A stretch of 63,834 nucleotides of DNA, counting the filler, from an uncultured Gemmatimonadota bacterium (lineage in GTDB: Bacteria; Blakebacterota; Blakebacteria; Blakebacterales; Blakebacteraceae): assembly GCA_964576115.1 (NCBI GenBank). It is 4 parts of 4 records of this genome, joined end to end, with 100 filler letters (N's around TTAATTAATTAA, not from the genome) between each part and the next. Parts side by side here need not be neighbours in the genome. Positions count along the whole stretch, not along the records: positions 55,066 to 63,834 come from CAZNUA010000089.1; 3 more parts are not named here. One strand, 5' to 3'. The notes below the pieces were generated by a model that did not search any database, was not told the origin of the DNA, and worked only from the letters and a program-made list of their open reading frames with translations. The position numbers and the translations under genes are program-made. Shown in pieces: positions 58,883 to 63,834 of this stretch. Position 1 is the stretch's first letter; each line of letters starts with the position of its first letter.

Positions 58883-59998
58883 GTGCCCCGCGAGAGCATG
58901 ACCCCCCTCGAGCGCTGGCAGGCCGTGCTCGAGCGTCGTGCCCCCGATCGGGTGCCGATGGACTGGTGGGGCACCGACGAGGCTGCGGCCAACCTCATCC
59001 GCCACCTCGGGTGCGCGACTCTCACCGACGCCCTGCAACAGCTCGGAGTCGATTTCGTCGTCAAGGTCCAGCCCCGGTTCGTCGGTCCCGACGGATCGGG
59101 GCGCCGCCCCCCGGCCGGCACGGCTGCCGGGGCAGACGATTCCCGGGCCCGGCACGATCCTTTCGGCCGTCTCTACCGAACCGTCACCCACAGCGGCGGC
59201 AGCTACGAGGAGTGTGTGAACGCTCCCCTGGCCGGATTCTCGTCGGTCACCGAAATCGAAGCCTCATATCGCTGGCCCGAACCCGACTGGTGGGAGTACG
59301 GCGGGCTGGCCGATCAGGTCGCCGGTCTGGAGACCCATCCGGTTCAGGGGGGCGGGAGCGAGCCGTTTCTGATTTACAAGGATCTGCGCGGGCAGGAGCA
59401 GGCCTTCATCGACCTGATCGAACATCCCGACCTGGTCCAGTACTGCATCGAGAGACTCTTCGATCTGGCCTATGAGGATACCGTGCGGGTTTTCGAAACC
59501 CTGGGCGATCGGATCCTGCTCTGCTATATCGCCGAGGATATGGGCGGACAGGAAAACCTGCTCTTCTCTCTGGCGCACATCCGGGAGTTTTTCCTGCCCG
59601 GCATGCGCCGGATGATCGACCTGGCCCATTCCGCGGGTGCCTACGTGTTTCATCACAGCGACGGGGCCATCAGGCCCGTTATCCCCGAGATGATCGCGGC
59701 CGGTATCGATATTCTGAACCCGATCCAGTGGCGCTGCCCCGGTATGGATCGGGCCGGCCTCAAGGCCGATTTCGGCGACCGGATTGTTTTTCACGGGGCG
59801 ATGGACAACCAGCACACCCTGCCCTTCGGTACCCCCGTCGAGGTCGAGCGGGAAGTGGCCGAGAACCTCGCTCAGCTGGGAACCGGAGGGGGCTACATCC
59901 CCGCCCCCTGCCACAATCTGCAGGGCAATACTCCGCCGGAAAACGTTGTCACGATGTACGAGGCCATCCGTCGGATCTCGCTCGAACAGGAGGCGTGA
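58883..59998 (+). CDS. Uroporphyrinogen decarboxylase / MtaA-CmuA methyltransferase superfamily protein
   Basis: PDRVP, EDMG, HSDG, LNPIQ, GGYIPAPCHN. Confidence 0.85.
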   Translation: MPRESMTPLERWQAVLERRAPDRVPMDWWGTDEAAANLIRHLGCATLTDALQQLGVDFVVKVQPRFVGPDGSGRRPPAGTAAGADDSRARHDPFGRLYRTVTHSGGSYEECVNAPLAGFSSVTEIEASYRWPEPDWWEYGGLADQVAGLETHPVQGGGSEPFLIYKDLRGQEQAFIDLIEHPDLVQYCIERLFDLAYEDTVRVFETLGDRILLCYIAEDMGGQENLLFSLAHIREFFLPGMRRMIDLAHSAGAYVFHHSDGAIRPVIPEMIAAGIDILNPIQWRCPGMDRAGLKADFGDRIVFHGAMDNQHTLPFGTPVEVEREVAENLAQLGTGGGYIPAPCHNLQGNTPPENVVTMYEAIRRISLEQEA

Positions 59999-60000
59999 CC

Positions 60001-61341
60001 GTGACGAGCTTCGCGGCCTGGCAGGAATCCGAAACCGGTTCACCCGAGGCGGTTCTGGCTCTCTTCCGCAGCCGGATCGAGGCGATCGATGCGAGCGAAC
60101 GAGATCGAGCCATTGCTTTCGTACCCGACACCGTCGAGGTCGACGACCTGCCCCTCGAACGCGGCACCTGGGCCGGTCGGCCGTTGGCCGGCGTGCCTTT
60201 TCTCATCAAGGATCTTTACGACGTGGCGGGCTGGCCGACCACCGCCTCCTCGAGCTTTCTGGCCGACGAGATCGGCCGGCCTAAAGCTACTTCGCCCCTG
60301 GTGCGTCGACTGCACGAACTGGGCGCAGTACCGGTCGGCAAGACCCATCTCAACGAATTCGCCTACGGTCTGAGCGGCCGTAACGTCCATACCGGCGACT
60401 GTCCCCATCCCCGCTTTCCCGACCGCATTCCGGGCGGTTCTTCGAGCGGCTCGGCATGGGCGGTGGGTCGCGGAGTGGTGCCCCTGGCGCTGGGAACCGA
60501 TACGGGAGGTTCGGTCCGGGTTCCGGCCGCCTTCTGTGGTCTATACGGCCTGCGGCTGGTGCCAAACGAATGGTCGCGGGAGGGCTGCCTGCCGCTCTCC
60601 CCATCCCTGGATACCGCCGGCTGGCTGACCGCCTCGGCGGCCGACCTGCAGACCCTCATCCGGCTCCTGCTTGCCCCGGGCCAAGACCGGAACCCGACCG
60701 ACAAAGCCGCCTCACAGCAGGACGCCCCGTCAGCCGATCCGCCCCGCGGTATCCTGCTCGACGTGCTCGAGGTAGCGACGGAACCCGCCCTGGCCGAGGC
60801 CTATGCCGAGGTCTACCGACGGCTGGGATGCGAGCTGGAGTCGGCGGTGGCGGCCGAGTTCGTCGGTGTCTGCGGCAACCTGGTCCACGCCTACGGGGTG
60901 TTGCAGAGCCGGGAGGCTTTCACCGTCCACGAGCCGTGGCTCGATCGCCATCGCGACTCTTACGGACCGGCGGTCTGGCAGCGGATCGACCGCGGACGGC
61001 ACTGGAGTGCGGCAGATATCGGTGCGGCCGAAATCGCCCGGGCCCGGGTGCAGACCTTCTTCGGACTGCTCTTCACCCTCTTCGATTACGCCGTTCTGCC
61101 GGCGGTCCCGATGCCGGCCCCCCGCGCCGCCGATCTGACCGAGGAGTACCGAACCCGGATCCTGACCCTGACAGCGCCGGCCAGCCTGGCCACCCTGCCC
61201 GTCCTGACCCTGCCGGTCTTCCTCGAGGGCGGTCTGAGCGGCGGGGTACAGGTCATTTTCCGCGATCCCACCTCCGCTATCCCCCTGCGCCTGCTCGAAG
61301 CCTGGCGCAGCTTCGGCCCACAGCCCTTTACCCCCCCCTGA
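60001..61341 (+). CDS. Amidase signature family protein
   Basis: IKDL, GKTHLNEFAYG, GGSSSGSA, LGTDTGGSVRVPA. Confidence 0.92.
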   Translation: MTSFAAWQESETGSPEAVLALFRSRIEAIDASERDRAIAFVPDTVEVDDLPLERGTWAGRPLAGVPFLIKDLYDVAGWPTTASSSFLADEIGRPKATSPLVRRLHELGAVPVGKTHLNEFAYGLSGRNVHTGDCPHPRFPDRIPGGSSSGSAWAVGRGVVPLALGTDTGGSVRVPAAFCGLYGLRLVPNEWSREGCLPLSPSLDTAGWLTASAADLQTLIRLLLAPGQDRNPTDKAASQQDAPSADPPRGILLDVLEVATEPALAEAYAEVYRRLGCELESAVAAEFVGVCGNLVHAYGVLQSREAFTVHEPWLDRHRDSYGPAVWQRIDRGRHWSAADIGAAEIARARVQTFFGLLFTLFDYAVLPAVPMPAPRAADLTEEYRTRILTLTAPASLATLPVLTLPVFLEGGLSGGVQVIFRDPTSAIPLRLLEAWRSFGPQPFTPP

Positions 61342-61509
61342 CCAGGCCCGGATCCCAACGACGATTCGGGCCCGGTCGGTATCCCATCCGACATCTCTGA
61401 TTCTCTTTCAGCATTCTCAGCCTGCCCCGAAACCAGAATGAAACATCTGCAGAGTGCCGACGTATATACTTTCACGCGATATATCACCAGAAAGCATGTG
61501 GAGGCTTGC

Positions 61510-61842
61510 GTGTTCAGTCCCGAACTGAAAAAAGGCAGCATCGAGTTCCTCATCCTGACCCTCCTGGCCGAAGGCGAGAACCACGGCTACGAGATCGGCA
61601 AGCAGATCGAGAGCCGCTCGCGGGGCAAGCTGACGTTCCGGGTCTCCTCGCTCTACCCCGTTCTCTACCGCATGGAGAACCGCGGCTGGATCACCAGCCG
61701 GTGGGTCGAGAAGGAGGGGGAACGCCGGCGCAACTTCTACCGGCTGACACAGAAGGGCGAGAAGATCCTCGTCGAGCAGCTGCAGAACTGGGCGGAGTTC
61801 ACCGAGGCCATCGGCCTCATCATCGATCCCCGCAGCGCGTGA
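61510..61842 (+). CDS. PadR family transcriptional regulator
   Basis: GGAGG RBS before GTG 61510; ELKKGSIEFLIL, HGYEI, SLYPVLYRME. Confidence 0.92.
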   Translation: MFSPELKKGSIEFLILTLLAEGENHGYEIGKQIESRSRGKLTFRVSSLYPVLYRMENRGWITSRWVEKEGERRRNFYRLTQKGEKILVEQLQNWAEFTEAIGLIIDPRSA

Positions 61843-61895
61843 AGCTTCGCTCACTGTGCAGGGATTCAGGTGACCAACCGTTGAGAGAGTGAACC

Positions 61896-63834
61896 ATGCC
61901 GGACTGGAAGGCACTCATCCGCGAGAACCTGCCTCTGCCGCCGATGAAGCAGTGGCGGGAAGAGAAGATCTTCGAGGAGCTGGCCGGTCAGCTCGAGGAT
62001 CTCTACCGCGACGCCCGCCGGCGGGGTCTGGACGACGCCGAAGCCACCCGCCACGCTCTCGAGCACATCGGCGACTGGGAGCGCTTCGCGTCCGACATCA
62101 CCGGGGCGGAGAGCCGCAACCGGCGCTCGCGGGGAGCCGAACTGATTGAAGAGACCGAGACCTCGATCCGCAGACGCCAGGGTCTCGGCACGCTCGGAGC
62201 GGATGTCATGCAGGATGTCCGATATGCAGCCCGCACCCTGCGGCGGCGGCCCGGATTCCTTGTCATCGTCACCCTCACCCTGGCCCTGGGGATCGGGGCC
62301 AACACCGCTATCTACAGTGTTCTGAACACCGTTCTCTTGCGCCCTTTCCCCTTCCCCGAACCCGACCGGTTGATGACCTTCTGGACCCCGCAGGTCGGGT
62401 ACTATGCCAATCCTCTTTCCGCTCCCGACTATCTCGATTACCGGGAATCGGCCAATACCTTCTCGGAGTGGGGAGCGTATACCACCGGAGTGGCGAACCT
62501 CTCCGGTGGTGACAATCCCGAGCGGATCGGGAGCATTTTGTGCACAGCCGGCCTGCTGCGGGCTCTCGGCGTCCAGCCGGTCGCCGGACGGCTCTTCGGC
62601 GATGAGGAGGCTGAAGATCCCGCCAGCCGGGTGGTGATCCTCAGCAATCGACTCTGGGAGAGCCGTTTCGGAGCCGATCCCGGCCTCGTCGGCTCCGAGA
62701 TCGTCGTCAACCGCCAGAGCCGAACCGTCATCGGAATCATGCCCGGGAGTTTCCGTTTCCCCACCTGGGGGAGCCTGAACGAACCGGGACTCCTGCTGCC
62801 GCTTTCAATCGCCGGGACCGCTTCTGATCGCGGCTCGTACTATCTGAACGTCATCGGCCGGCTGCGCCCGCAGATGTCACGGGAAGCCGCCGTGGCCGAC
62901 CTGCAGTCGATTGCCGCCCGACTCGAAGAGCTCTATCCCGATTCCAACCACCAGCGCATCGCCCGGCTCATACCGTTGCGCCAGATCGTGCTGGGGGACA
63001 CGGGCAGCGACCTCTGGATTCTGATGGGTGCGGTCGGGCTGGTTCTGCTGATTGCCTGCTCCAATGTGGCCGGTCTGCTGATGGCCCGGGGGGCCGGCCG
63101 GAAATCGGAGATCGCCATCCGTGCCTCCCTGGGAGCCAACCGGCGACGATTGCTGCGCCAGATGCTCACCGAAAGCAGCGTTATCGCCCTGCTGGGAGGC
63201 ACCGTCGGCATCGGGCTGGCCTGGCTGGGCATACCGGTTTTCCGCAGTTCCCTGCCCGGCAGTCTGCCGCGCCTCGGCGAGCTGCACCTCGACACGTCCG
63301 TCCTGCTCTTCTCGCTGGTGCTGGCGCTTTTGACCGGCCTCCTCTTCGGGCTCCTGCCCGCTCTGTCAAATTCCGCCGTCGATCTGGGGCGCACCCTGCG
63401 CGAAGGCGGTCGATCGGCGGGGGGCGGGCGGAGGCGTTTCCGGCTACTGGCCGGGCTGGTCACGATCCAGTTCGCCCTGGCCCTGGTGCTCACCAACGGA
63501 GCCGCCCTGATGTTCCAGAGCCTCTGGATCGTGACCGGCGAAGAGGAGATACAGAATCCCGATCAGGTACTGATCGCGGGATACGCACCCGACAGCACGG
63601 GCAAATATGAGATCATCCGCCGCGATCTCTTCGCCGAGGAACTGCTCGAGCATCTGCGTGCCCTGCCCGACGTGCAGTACGCGGGAGTATCGACCCAGCT
63701 GCCTCTTTACGGCGGCTGGACGGCCGGCGTGTTGATGGAGGGTGAGAGCTACGATCCCGAGATCGACCGCGGTATGACTTATATGATCTGTGCCTCCCCC
63801 GGGTACATCGAGGCGGCGGGTATCCCCGTGCTGC
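61896..63834 (+). CDS. ADOP-type duplicated ABC permease (runs off the window end; missing from the ORF track)
   Basis: Manual translation MPDWKALIRENL..EELAGQLED..QDVRYAARTLRRRPGF..LALGIGANTAIYS..IACSNVAGLL. Confidence 0.9.
   Translation, partial: MPDWKALIRENLPLPPMKQWREEKIFEELAGQLEDLYRDARRRGLDDAEATRHALEHIGDWERFASDITGAESRNRRSRGAELIEETETSIRRRQGLGTLGADVMQDVRYAARTLRRRPGFLVIVTLTLALGIGANTAIYSVLNTVLLRPFPFPEPDRLMTFWTPQVGYYANPLSAPDYLDYRESANTFSEWGAYTTGVANLSGGDNPERIGSILCTAGLLRALGVQPVAGRLFGDEEAEDPASRVVILSNRLWESRFGADPGLVGSEIVVNRQSRTVIGIMPGSFRFPTWGSLNEPGLLLPLSIAGTASDRGSYYLNVIGRLRPQMSREAAVADLQSIAARLEELYPDSNHQRIARLIPLRQIVLGDTGSDLWILMGAVGLVLLIACSNVAGLLMARGAGRKSEIAIRASLGANRRRLLRQMLTESSVIALLGGTVGIGLAWLGIPVFRSSLPGSLPRLGELHLDTSVLLFSLVLALLTGLLFGLLPALSNSAVDLGRTLREGGRSAGGGRRRFRLLAGLVTIQFALALVLTNGAALMFQSLWIVTGEEEIQNPDQVLIAGYAPDSTGKYEIIRRDLFAEELLEHLRALPDVQYAGVSTQLPLYGGWTAGVLMEGESYDPEIDRGMTYMICASPGYIEAAGIPVL

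Overview
GC-rich bacterial draft sequence made of four contigs joined by artificial N44-TTAATTAATTAA-N44 linkers (18443-18542, 36927-37026, 54966-55065), so adjacency across the linkers is not biological evidence. The gene content (PadR + orphan duplicated ABC permeases, 6-bladed beta-propeller lipoproteins, M14/M19/M23 peptidases, sulfatase + anSME) suggests a Gemmatimonadota/Acidobacteriota-like organism (inference). The main discovery is in 665-11540: seven same-orientation copies or remnants of a ~97-bp composite site. Each full copy has a tandem 9-mer direct repeat (CCGTGYGCCGGATATGTGCCAGA) and, exactly 64 nt after its start, the 3' part of tRNA-Val(TAC) ending in CCA; three junctions also have an IHF-like box 13 nt after the CCA. 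These sites divide the region into tightly packed 0.6-4.6 kb modules of 1-2 genes (Fic, propeller remnant, LamG-EEP + GH31, Zn-ribbon membrane protein, AAA-DUF4143 ATPase, M19 dipeptidase). No integrase and no intact tRNA-Val is in view. This looks like an integron-like array of gene cassettes stacked at tRNA-Val through attP-like junctions, or else the eroded remains of repeated island insertions. The rest of the window holds tRNA-Asp(GTC) with a MITE-like element, a Czc/Cus RND efflux operon, sulfatase/anSME with an unannotated 30-aa membrane ORF, three M14 peptidases, three metallophosphoesterases, an acyl-CoA ligase behind a sigma54-like promoter, a LytS/LytTR pair, four ADOP permeases with three PadR genes, galU with a glucuronokinase-like partner, and a cNMP-binding protein/URO-D/amidase cluster.
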